DNA from: Candidatus Omnitrophota bacterium
GTDB taxonomy: Bacteria; Omnitrophota; Gorgyraeia; 1-14-0-20-64-10
DNA length: 64,000 nucleotides
NCBI GenBank assembly: GCA_023818695.1
Contig: JAMWCF010000001.1
Location: 595,306 to 659,305, forward strand
Direction: 5' to 3'
Below, one piece after another: positions 36,473 to 44,474 of this stretch. A program made the translations under genes and the position numbers. The notes under the pieces were generated by a model. That model was not told the DNA's origin, ran no database searches, and was given only the letters and a program-made list of their open reading frames with translations. The stretch's first letter is position 1. Each line of letters opens with the position of its first letter.

Positions 36473-37216
36473 TCAACGAAGCCCAACACCCTTGCCGGTC
36501 ACCATCACCAGGAAAGTGGCCGCCAAAATCCGGACATCCAGCATCAAGCACATCCGCTTGATATAAAGAACGTCAAACCGGAGCTTCCTTTTCACATCCG
36601 CGAGGGTCCTGTCATACCGATAATAGACCTGGGCCAAACCGGTCATTCCCGGCTTGACATACAGCCGGTAGCCGTAACCCGGAATCTCTTTGTTGAGCTG
36701 GTCTACAAAACAGGGTCGCTCCGGCCGGGGCCCCACGAGGCTCATCTCCCCTTTCCAGACATTGATCAGCTGTGGCAGCTCGTCCAGGTGGGTCACCCTC
36801 AAAAATCTCCCCACCGGCGTCACCCGGGGATCTTCCGCCGAATGGCGCGCCCACACCGGCCCGGTCGCCGCTTCCGCGTCATGCACCATGGAGCGGAATT
36901 TGAACATGTTGAAGAGATCGCCTGACCGCCCCACCCGCTCCTGGGTGTAGAAGACCGGCCCTCTCGAAGTCAGCTTGATCGCCGCAGCGATCAGCAGCAT
37001 CACGGGCGCGAAAGCGACAATCAGCAGAGTGGAACCGACGAAATCGACCACCCGTTTGAGGGCTAATCGCCACCAGTACCTGGAGTTCAAAATCACATCC
37101 GGGTAGTTGAGGGCAAGGAAGGAACCAATCCGATCTACCGTCTCCTTGCGGATTACGTTCCACCGGGTCATCAACCCCTGCTGTCTATTCACCCATCGAG
37201 CGACTAAGACTGTCAT
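36473..37216 (-). CDS. Polyprenyl-phosphate sugar phosphotransferase (bacterial sugar transferase, priming enzyme)
   Basis: One TM helix plus the PVFYTQERVGRSGDLFNMFKFRSM, DELPQL, GEMSLVGPRP and GMTGLAQV blocks. Confidence 0.9.
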   Translation of the reverse strand: MTVLVARWVNRQQGLMTRWNVIRKETVDRIGSFLALNYPDVILNSRYWWRLALKRVVDFVGSTLLIVAFAPVMLLIAAAIKLTSRGPVFYTQERVGRSGDLFNMFKFRSMVHDAEAATGPVWARHSAEDPRVTPVGRFLRVTHLDELPQLINVWKGEMSLVGPRPERPCFVDQLNKEIPGYGYRLYVKPGMTGLAQVYYRYDRTLADVKRKLRFDVLYIKRMCLMLDVRILAATFLVMVTGKGVGLR

Positions 37217-37268
37217 TTTCTTCTATTAACTTTCCGTTCGAGACAAGAACTCCTCTCTCTTGCAGATA

Positions 37269-37286
37269 AAGCAGGAACTATGCCAG
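37269..37286 (-). promoter_or_regulatory. Sigma-54 (-24/-12) promoter of the sugar-transferase / PEP-CTERM-227 unit
   Basis: The minus strand reads CTGGCATAGTTCCTGCTT with consensus GG/GC spacing. The element ends 52 nt upstream of the ATG at 37216. Confidence 0.6.
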
Positions 37287-37467
37287 TTCTTGCAGAAGAT
37301 CCCAACTAGGGGAAAATTGCTACCATAATCGACTTACTTTACTAGTGTTACGACTTCTTCTTCGATTCCTCTTCAGCGAGGATTTGTTCCTGGAATTTAC
37401 TCTTTTCTTACAATCTGTCTTGATGAAACAACTTGTCGCGTCGTGCAGATGCTACAAAAGACAATTT

Positions 37468-38253
37468 TTAAGCTCTTGTCTTCTTGCGAGAGCGGAAACC
37501 CAGGAGGCCTAAACCAGCGCCCAAGAGAGCCAACGAAGCCGGCTCTGGAATAACACCATTCCCTCCACCGCCTGTGCCGCGGAAGCCCCACTCTTCAAAA
37601 GATCCCTGGTTCGGGTCGTTCTCGCCAAATCTGGAATAAAGATAAACGTACTGGCTCGTCGGCCCGGTGAACAAACTGTTCGGAACGTAAAGGAACATGT
37701 CCTTCTGCCCCTGACCAGCTCCGATAGAAGCATCCAACCGGACGTAGCTGTTCTCGCCGGCGTCCATCCGGTAAATCAGGGTTCCGGAAATATCGATCAA
37801 CCCGCCGGTGAAGGTTTCCACCGACTGGTTTGGCGTGATCGAAAGGAAAATTTGGACTTCATCCAGCGACAGGAAACGCTGGGCCCCACCTGGCTCACCT
37901 ATATCGAGTGAGAATTCCCTGTAATCGGTCCCATCAACATTGATGACGGGAATCTGGGAGATCGTGATCTCATGGTTATGCTGATCGCTGGCCTTGTTGT
38001 CCAAGACGTTATCGACCGTCGTGTTGTAGGCCTGCTCAATGGCGCTGTCGTTACCGGTACGGTCGATCTGGACAAAAGCGGGAAAAGTGCCTGTCCCGGT
38101 GCCGGTCTGGATATCCCGGCTGTAAAGGGCCCCGTTGATGATCCCTTCCGTGGTACCTCCGGTCAGGTCCAGAACCACCGCCTCGGCCGGCGACGCCGCC
38201 AGGCCGAAACCGATCAACACCGCAATAATCCCTGTTTTTATGAGTTCCTTCAT
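37468..38253 (-). CDS. PEP-CTERM domain secreted protein (261 aa)
   Basis: Signal peptide ending SPAEA and C-terminus IPEPASLALLGAGLGLLGFRSRKKTRA. Confidence 0.85.
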   Translation of the reverse strand: MKELIKTGIIAVLIGFGLAASPAEAVVLDLTGGTTEGIINGALYSRDIQTGTGTGTFPAFVQIDRTGNDSAIEQAYNTTVDNVLDNKASDQHNHEITISQIPVINVDGTDYREFSLDIGEPGGAQRFLSLDEVQIFLSITPNQSVETFTGGLIDISGTLIYRMDAGENSYVRLDASIGAGQGQKDMFLYVPNSLFTGPTSQYVYLYSRFGENDPNQGSFEEWGFRGTGGGGNGVIPEPASLALLGAGLGLLGFRSRKKTRA

Positions 38254-38300
38254 AATTCCTTTTCCTTAGCTGTGGAGAAAGACGTTGTTCATGTTAAATG

Positions 38301-38318
38301 AAGCAGGTTCCATGCCAA
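38301..38318 (-). promoter_or_regulatory. Sigma-54 (-24/-12) promoter of the 261-aa PEP-CTERM gene
   Basis: The minus strand reads TTGGCATGGAACCTGCTT with consensus GG/GC spacing. The element ends 47 nt upstream of the ATG at 38253. Confidence 0.6.
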
Positions 38319-38412
38319 TATTCGGATTTAAGCGTATTTATGCAATATTCTCGTTCTTAAATCGGCTGTACGTTGAAATTCATCAACATCTGTTCTCGCA
38401 TTCAACAATTGT

Positions 38413-39540
38413 TTATCTGGCGCGATCCCAGGCAACCCTTTTCCCGGACAAGAGATACCGGAACAGGCCGGCCAGCATGGCGAAATTCCCGAAACAGAAG
38501 TAGAAGACCGGCGACAGAACCGGAATCGGGAGCCCTTTCTGCTGGCAGAAATAGCCGGCGTAAGCGGCCAGGTAAAACAAGGACTGCAGAAGGAAGACGC
38601 TTTTCGCTAAACCGGCCGGAAGCCAAAAGCCGGAGATAAAAAGGGCAATCATGAAAAGGGGGGCCAGCGTCCTCAACACCTTGTGCGAAAAGAAGCTCAA
38701 CGCCGTCCAGCCGAGCAGGGGGTTGAGCATCCGCCTCAATTCGACCACCTGCTGGCAGTTGCCCGCGGCGATCCGCCGGCGGCGGGCGAACTCTCCCTCC
38801 ACCGAGGCCATCTCCTTCTCCCACGCGACCGCTTCCGGCTCATAGACGGCCCGGTAGCCGGCGGAGACGATCTTCATCGGGATCAGGTAATCGTCGTTGA
38901 TGGAGAAGCCGCTCAAGGGCTCAAACAAATCCTTCCGGATGGCGTAAAGAGCCCCATGGGCCCCCAAAATCGAGTGGAGCCGGCTCTCCTGCCGTTTGAT
39001 GAACGTCTCGTACTTCCAGTAAAGCCCCTCCCCTTCGGACCGCAGATCGGCTGATCCGGCCAGGCGGTAAAGGCCGCAGACGCATCCCACTCGGGGGTCG
39101 GCAAAATTCCTCACAAGGTTCTTCAGCGCCCCCGGCTCCAGGTGGCTCGATGTATCGGAGAAGACAATGATCTCCCCTTTCAGGTGAGGGACGATCATGT
39201 TGAGCATCGCCGACTTGCCGACGTGATGATCCATCCGGATGAGCCGGATCCCTTTGGACCGGTAACGCTCGACAATGGCGTTGGTCTTATCGGTGGAACC
39301 GTCGCTGGCCACCACGATCTCCAGCTTCTCCTGGGGATAGTCGAGCCCCAGGGTATTGCGCAGCTTCTCCTCGATCTGGATCTCTTCGTCGTATGCCGGG
39401 ATTAAAAAGGAGACCGCGGGGGTGATCCCCTCTTTCTTCGGCTCCCGGCCGAAGAGAAGGGCCAGCCCCCAGATCAGCAGCGGGTATCCGATGTAGATGT
39501 AGAAAAGCGCCGCGAATGAAACCCAGAAAAGGTCACGCAT
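38413..39540 (-). CDS. Membrane-embedded family 2 glycosyltransferase (synthase-like topology)
   Basis: N-terminal TM helix, then a GT2 core (SFLIPAYDEE, VASDGSTD, FSDTS, NDDYL). Several C-terminal TM helices follow. Confidence 0.85.
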   Translation of the reverse strand: MRDLFWVSFAALFYIYIGYPLLIWGLALLFGREPKKEGITPAVSFLIPAYDEEIQIEEKLRNTLGLDYPQEKLEIVVASDGSTDKTNAIVERYRSKGIRLIRMDHHVGKSAMLNMIVPHLKGEIIVFSDTSSHLEPGALKNLVRNFADPRVGCVCGLYRLAGSADLRSEGEGLYWKYETFIKRQESRLHSILGAHGALYAIRKDLFEPLSGFSINDDYLIPMKIVSAGYRAVYEPEAVAWEKEMASVEGEFARRRRIAAGNCQQVVELRRMLNPLLGWTALSFFSHKVLRTLAPLFMIALFISGFWLPAGLAKSVFLLQSLFYLAAYAGYFCQQKGLPIPVLSPVFYFCFGNFAMLAGLFRYLLSGKRVAWDRAR

Positions 39541-40339
39541 TGGGAACGATCCGCCGCTTGAGCTGTTCGTACCAGTAGACGCCCAGCATTTTCTTCAGGA
39601 GCCAGATCAGCTGCTGCTGACCGACTGCCCACCAGAAAGCCGGCTGCCATCCCTCCACCATCGAGACCACCCTTTCGATGGAGAAGGGACGGCGGACGAC
39701 AATCCGGCGCAGGGCCAGCGGATGGGTCTGCGGGCCGTTGGTGCCGATGGTCGACACCCAGGCGGCCTCGTAGCCGGCCTTCTCAACCGCCTCGGCGATC
39801 GGCCGGTTCCAGAAACCGCCCGGCGCCGCGATCGCGGTGATCGGCACTCCCAGTTTTTCCTCCAGCACCTTCTTCGATTCGACGATTTCTCTTTCCATCT
39901 CATCCCTGGAAAGCTGCGAAAGGGGCCTGTGGGAAACGCCGTGGGAGCCGATCTCCATCCCCAGAAAAACCATCTTCTTCAGGTCCTCCCAGGTGACGTA
40001 CCCCGGCCGGCCGATCAGGTCGAGGGTGACAAAAAAGGTCCCGCCGAAGCGATAACGAACCAGCAGAGGGGCGACCCGTTCCAGATGATTTTTATAGCCG
40101 TCGTCGAACGTCAGGACCACCGTCCGCTTCGGGAGGTCCTGCTTCCCCTGCTGCCAGGCGATGAACTCCCTCGAGCTGGCGGTCCGGTACCCCAGCCGTT
40201 TCAGGCGGGAAAGGATCGCTTCGAACTCCGTGACGGTGATGCTGTAAAAACCGTCCCCATGGGAGGCGGACCGCTGCGTCTCGGAGATCACGTCATGCAG
40301 CGTCAGCGCCGCTATCCTTGTGCCGTTGTGTTCCGTCAT
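39533..40339 (-). CDS. Polysaccharide deacetylase (CE4 family)
   Basis: The ATG at 40339 (ATGA overlap) gives 268 aa. VVLTFDDGYKNH and IGSHGVSH are CE4 motifs. The long track ORF (to 40918) is a spurious N-terminal extension overlapping the upstream gene. Confidence 0.85.
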   Translation of the reverse strand: MTEHNGTRIAALTLHDVISETQRSASHGDGFYSITVTEFEAILSRLKRLGYRTASSREFIAWQQGKQDLPKRTVVLTFDDGYKNHLERVAPLLVRYRFGGTFFVTLDLIGRPGYVTWEDLKKMVFLGMEIGSHGVSHRPLSQLSRDEMEREIVESKKVLEEKLGVPITAIAAPGGFWNRPIAEAVEKAGYEAAWVSTIGTNGPQTHPLALRRIVVRRPFSIERVVSMVEGWQPAFWWAVGQQQLIWLLKKMLGVYWYEQLKRRIVPNA

Positions 40340-43300
40340 GATCCTGCCAGGAGCGCTTGGAGTTTCTCGATCAACTCCGCCATTTCCTGCCTGTGCTTCA
40401 TCAGTAGTTCCGGATCCTTCGAATAGCTCCTGGGGGACTCCAGCAGATCGGGGTCGATTGCCAGGAGGGTCTTCGCCTCGTTCTCGAAGGCCGGGTTCGA
40501 CCTGCCCTTTCTCTTCACCGCCTCTAGGGTTTCCTGAAGCCGGACGAGGTACTCGTAATCTTCGATCCCATCCCGAATCGCCTCCAAGCGGATGGAGGGA
40601 ACCGGCCCATCCTCCCCCGGATAAAAGAGAAACCCGTTGCCGTTCTGGTCCCGCGCGAAGCTGGCCGGGTTCCGCGCGGGGTCCCCTTCCCAGAAGTTCA
40701 CGCACCAGTAGAGAAGACCGGTGGCACCGGTCTTCCAGCAGATCCAGGGGAGGATCCGGGCCGCCATCGCTGGATAGTCGATGACCGGCGTCGGATACGG
40801 GTGGCTGGGCGAGGAGGCGTAGATCCAGACCTCCTTGCCCTGCCTTTTGTACTCCTCCACCAGCTCGGTGGAGACGGAGGTGTTCCGCAAACAGAGGATG
40901 TCGGCATCTTTCAGCCATCGCCGGTATTTCGACGGGTGAGGCGCCTCATGCATCACCAGGAGATTGCGCAGGCCCGGATCGGCCCGGTGGATCGCTTCCA
41001 TCACTTTTGCCGCCTGCGGGTCGCCGGGTTTCGGCTCGTCGTAAACATAGACGTACGCCTGGTCGATGGCTCCCAGCCGGCGCAGGGCGGCGGCGGCCCG
41101 ACCGTACCAGGAGACGGCCTCCGCCAGCTCTCGGGAATCAGCCGGCCAGTTGTTGCCGAAATTCCCACCCCGCCGGCCGACGCCGAAGGCGGTCAAACCC
41201 ATTCGCCTGTACTCCTCGAGCTCTTCTCCGAAAGAGGCGGCGGAAGGGTCCGCTCCCCAGACGGGGGAAATCCGGTACCGGAGCATCTCCCGGAAATAAA
41301 TTTCCTGCAGTTCATCCATCCGGCCGGCCCATTTTGAACCGTTTGGAACGAACTCCCGGTATGCTTTTTCCAGTCGAAACCGGTAGAAGTCAAACGCGGT
41401 TTTCAGGTGCGGAAGGTCCGGCAGGTTGAAGTTCCAGATCCATACCCGGAGATCGACATTTTTCCTGTTGCCCGACTGGTCGGTCAAAGTCAGAGTTCCT
41501 CGGTACCGGCCGGGGACCGCGTTTTCAGGCGCCGTCAGCGTGACCCAGACCGGCTGGACTTTTCCGGCCGGCACTTCCACCCGGTCCGCCTTGATCAAGG
41601 GATCAGGCCATTCTCCGACAAACTCCACCGGGTAGTACGGCGCGCTCGTCCTGACATACTCCACCTTCGACAGACCGATCCGGTCGCGGGAGATCACCGC
41701 CCCGGAAAGCTCGTGCGCCAGGTCGCTTGTCTTCATGGCGATGGTTGCTCCCTTCTCGCCACCGATCAGGACAAGCTGAACCGATTCCGCCTCACCGCCG
41801 GCCAGCGAAAGAAGCAGAGGGTTTCCCAGTTTGCCCGTAAACCGCTCCGGCTCCCGGAAAACCTTCATCGCGGCCGGGGCCCACCCGATGCGCCAATCGG
41901 TCGGCTGTTCCGATTCTGGCTGTGGGACGATGGGAGTTTCCGACCTCGTTTTGGGGACCGGCGGCGGGGACAATTCCTCGTCGTTGTCATCTTCACTCCT
42001 CTGCACGGCGGCAGGCGGCTTCACCGACGTGACAGCCACCTTGGCCGGCTCCGACTCCCGCGGCTCCAACCGAACCGCGTCCAGATAGAAAGATTCCTCG
42101 CTCCCCGGCCGCCACCTGAAGAGGGACAGCTCTTCGATCCGGCGCAGGTCCAGGTGGGCGGAGGCGTCCTGAAGGCGCATCGCCAGCGTGACCGGCGAAG
42201 AAGGAGGCAGGATCACCTCCTCCTTGTAAAGACGCCCCGCGGCATCCCCGATCTGAACAAACAACCGTTCCTGGGAGGAGTATGGGTTGTACAGGTCGAT
42301 CGCCAGGAGGCGGAACCGGCTCCAATCTTTCAGGCCGGCGCTGAACTTCAGGAAGTCGGAAAGGATCAGTTTGGGGGATTGCCTGTCTTTGAAGGTGGCG
42401 ATCGCTCCGAACTCCCCCTTTGTCCGGAAATTGTTTGTCCTGCGAAGGACGGCCCCCCGGCCGCGCCACCGGACCCGGCTCTCCGATTCCGTTTCGAAAT
42501 CGGCCAAAATCAGACTTCCACCCGCCGCTGAAGAAAGAGAACCGAAACGACCTTTCTCGCCGGCGCCTGGGATCAACCTGAAATCCAGCCGCCCGATTTC
42601 AGGCGGGGCCATCAACCGGTACGGCCTCTCCTTCCAACCGATCCCCCTGCTGATGTACAGAACCGTCTTTCCCTCCTGGATGCGGCCGGACATGTAAGGA
42701 CCTCGATTCGCGTGATCGGAAAAGCGTCGGATCCAGCCGATGCCAATCTGCCCGCCGTGGGTGTGGCCGGCCAAAACCAGCGGGATACCGGCCTTCACGG
42801 CCTCCGGCATGATATCCGGCGAGTGGGCCAGCAGGATCACCGGCGCGCCGGTCGGGATCCCGCTGACCGCCTGGCTCAACCGATCCCGCCCCTCCACCGG
42901 ATCGTCCACGCCGGCCAGCCAGACGCCTGTATCCTCCAGCGCTGCCGACTCATTCCGCAGGACCCTCGCTCCAGCCGCGGCCAACCCTTCCGAGAATGTC
43001 CCCGCCGGCAGGGCCGCGTTGTCGGTATTGCCGGGGACAACCCATATGCCGCCCAATGCCCGCAGCTGCTCGATCAGATCCAGCGCAACAGGCCAACCCT
43101 CCGCCCGATTGACCAGATCGCCGGTGATGACGATCCAATCCGGGTTCAAAGCGTTGACCTGGCGAACCAGCTGTTGCTCGCGGAAGCCGAGCCGGTCGAC
43201 ATGCAGATCGGCCAAATGGACCAGGCGCCGGCCGTCCAGCGCCTGGGCCAGCAGCCCTCGCGTCAACTCCAGCCGGGTGACGGTCAGCCGGTTCGGCTCC

Positions 43301-43374
43301 ACGACGCGGACATAGAAGAAAAGAAGCCCCGCCGCGATCACGCCGCCGGCCGCCAAACGCCATTTTGACTTCAC
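40336..43374 (-). CDS. Fusion protein: TM anchor, COG1408-type metallophosphoesterase, unknown domain with Pro/acidic linker, and GH123-like/DUF4091 glycoside-hydrolase-like region
   Basis: The N-terminal region has LADLHVD, ITGDLVN, PGNTDN and GHTHGGQ. The C-terminal region of about 540 aa has blocks I associate with DUF4091/GH123 (GEAESVQLVL, WPDPL, RLEAIRDGIEDYEYL). The GTG start overlaps the GT4 stop as GTGA. Confidence 0.75.
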   Translation of the reverse strand: MKSKWRLAAGGVIAAGLLFFYVRVVEPNRLTVTRLELTRGLLAQALDGRRLVHLADLHVDRLGFREQQLVRQVNALNPDWIVITGDLVNRAEGWPVALDLIEQLRALGGIWVVPGNTDNAALPAGTFSEGLAAAGARVLRNESAALEDTGVWLAGVDDPVEGRDRLSQAVSGIPTGAPVILLAHSPDIMPEAVKAGIPLVLAGHTHGGQIGIGWIRRFSDHANRGPYMSGRIQEGKTVLYISRGIGWKERPYRLMAPPEIGRLDFRLIPGAGEKGRFGSLSSAAGGSLILADFETESESRVRWRGRGAVLRRTNNFRTKGEFGAIATFKDRQSPKLILSDFLKFSAGLKDWSRFRLLAIDLYNPYSSQERLFVQIGDAAGRLYKEEVILPPSSPVTLAMRLQDASAHLDLRRIEELSLFRWRPGSEESFYLDAVRLEPRESEPAKVAVTSVKPPAAVQRSEDDNDEELSPPPVPKTRSETPIVPQPESEQPTDWRIGWAPAAMKVFREPERFTGKLGNPLLLSLAGGEAESVQLVLIGGEKGATIAMKTSDLAHELSGAVISRDRIGLSKVEYVRTSAPYYPVEFVGEWPDPLIKADRVEVPAGKVQPVWVTLTAPENAVPGRYRGTLTLTDQSGNRKNVDLRVWIWNFNLPDLPHLKTAFDFYRFRLEKAYREFVPNGSKWAGRMDELQEIYFREMLRYRISPVWGADPSAASFGEELEEYRRMGLTAFGVGRRGGNFGNNWPADSRELAEAVSWYGRAAAALRRLGAIDQAYVYVYDEPKPGDPQAAKVMEAIHRADPGLRNLLVMHEAPHPSKYRRWLKDADILCLRNTSVSTELVEEYKRQGKEVWIYASSPSHPYPTPVIDYPAMAARILPWICWKTGATGLLYWCVNFWEGDPARNPASFARDQNGNGFLFYPGEDGPVPSIRLEAIRDGIEDYEYLVRLQETLEAVKRKGRSNPAFENEAKTLLAIDPDLLESPRSYSKDPELLMKHRQEMAELIEKLQALLAGS

Positions 43375-44474
43375 AGGTGAAGCTCCTCATAAACCAGCAG
43401 GGTCTGCTGAACCATCCGCTGAAGCGTGAACTCCTCTTCGACCCTGCGGCGGGCCCGCTCCCCCATCCGGCGTCGCAGAGCCGGATCGGCGATGAGACGC
43501 TGGATGGCCGCCGCCAGTTTCTGCGGTTTCTTCGGCGGCACAAGCAGGCCGGTCTCCTCCGGAACCACCAGCTCCGGGTTGCCGCCGACCGCCGTGGCCA
43601 CCACCGGCTTTCCAGCCGCCATCGCCTCCAAGATCACGTTGGAACACCCCTCATAAACGGAGCTGACTGCTAAAAGGTCCAGGGCGCCGTAGAGACCGGC
43701 CAATTCCTGCCGGCTCTGGAAGAACCGGACCGACTTTTGGATTCCCAGATCGACGGCGAGCTTTTCCAGCCGCTCCTTCCGGTCGCCGTCACCGACGATC
43801 AAAAAGAGTGCCTCCGGAGCGTTCCGGAGAACCAAAGAGGCGGCTTGCAGGAAGGTCTCATGGTCTTTCACCGGTGCCAGCCGGCCGACAATGCCAATGA
43901 GAGGAACATCCGCTTGGACTTGAATTTCCCGACGGAACGACCCGTTGGCGCCGCAGGGACTGAAAAGCGCTGGATCCAGCCCGTTATAAATCACCGAGAT
44001 CTTCTGCGAGCCGACACCCTCTCTGCTTCGCAGGACATCCCCCACCGCCCTGGCGTTGACGATGAACCGGTCGGTCCATCGCTTTAGGAACCGGTCCGCC
44101 CAAACGTAATGGAGCGGCTTGTCCGGTTCCACCGATCGAACGGTGCTCACGATATGAGGGACCCCCGCCCTCCTGGCGGCCAACCGGCCGTAAAGATCGG
44201 CGGTGAAAAGCCAGGTCTGGACGATCTGCGGTCTTGACTGCGCCAGCGCCTGCTTCACGCGGCGATACGTCCCCCACGACCAGGTCCCCTCATGGGGAAT
44301 CAAGGTCAGCGGAACTCCCATCTGTTGGACGGCCTGGACATAGGACGCCTTCTTTTCGGAGAGGGCGATCACCTCCGTCTCATGGCCCATGGCTTGCAGA
44401 CCTTTTAGAAGCTCCACCAGCTGACGCTGGGCCCCGCCCAACCCAAGGTCATCGATCACGTGAACGATTTTCAC
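43371..44474 (-). CDS. Family 4 glycosyltransferase (GT-B)
   Basis: MKIVHVIDDLGLGGAQRQ N-terminus and the C-terminal EGCSNVILEAMAAGKPVVAT E-x7-E block. Confidence 0.9.
   Translation of the reverse strand: MKIVHVIDDLGLGGAQRQLVELLKGLQAMGHETEVIALSEKKASYVQAVQQMGVPLTLIPHEGTWSWGTYRRVKQALAQSRPQIVQTWLFTADLYGRLAARRAGVPHIVSTVRSVEPDKPLHYVWADRFLKRWTDRFIVNARAVGDVLRSREGVGSQKISVIYNGLDPALFSPCGANGSFRREIQVQADVPLIGIVGRLAPVKDHETFLQAASLVLRNAPEALFLIVGDGDRKERLEKLAVDLGIQKSVRFFQSRQELAGLYGALDLLAVSSVYEGCSNVILEAMAAGKPVVATAVGGNPELVVPEETGLLVPPKKPQKLAAAIQRLIADPALRRRMGERARRRVEEEFTLQRMVQQTLLVYEELHL

Noticed and set aside
35585-38394. A short TCTGT(T/C) motif recurs roughly 100-155 nt upstream of the three -24/-12 elements, as a possible activator binding site. 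Examples are 35605-35610, 37414-37419 and 38389-38394.
   Set aside because: A 6-mer in AT-rich DNA at non-uniform distances, without a clear dyad, is not statistically convincing by eye. It needs motif discovery with orthologous regions.
39533-40918. Long N-terminal extensions of track ORFs: 39533..40918, 44471..46177, 20878..21966, 31806..32660, 60981..62294, 62024..63352, 18733..19569 and 15967..16419.
   Set aside because: The extensions overlap the upstream gene out of frame and are low-complexity. An internal ATG or GTG with an RBS or an ATGA junction yields the normal family N-terminus.
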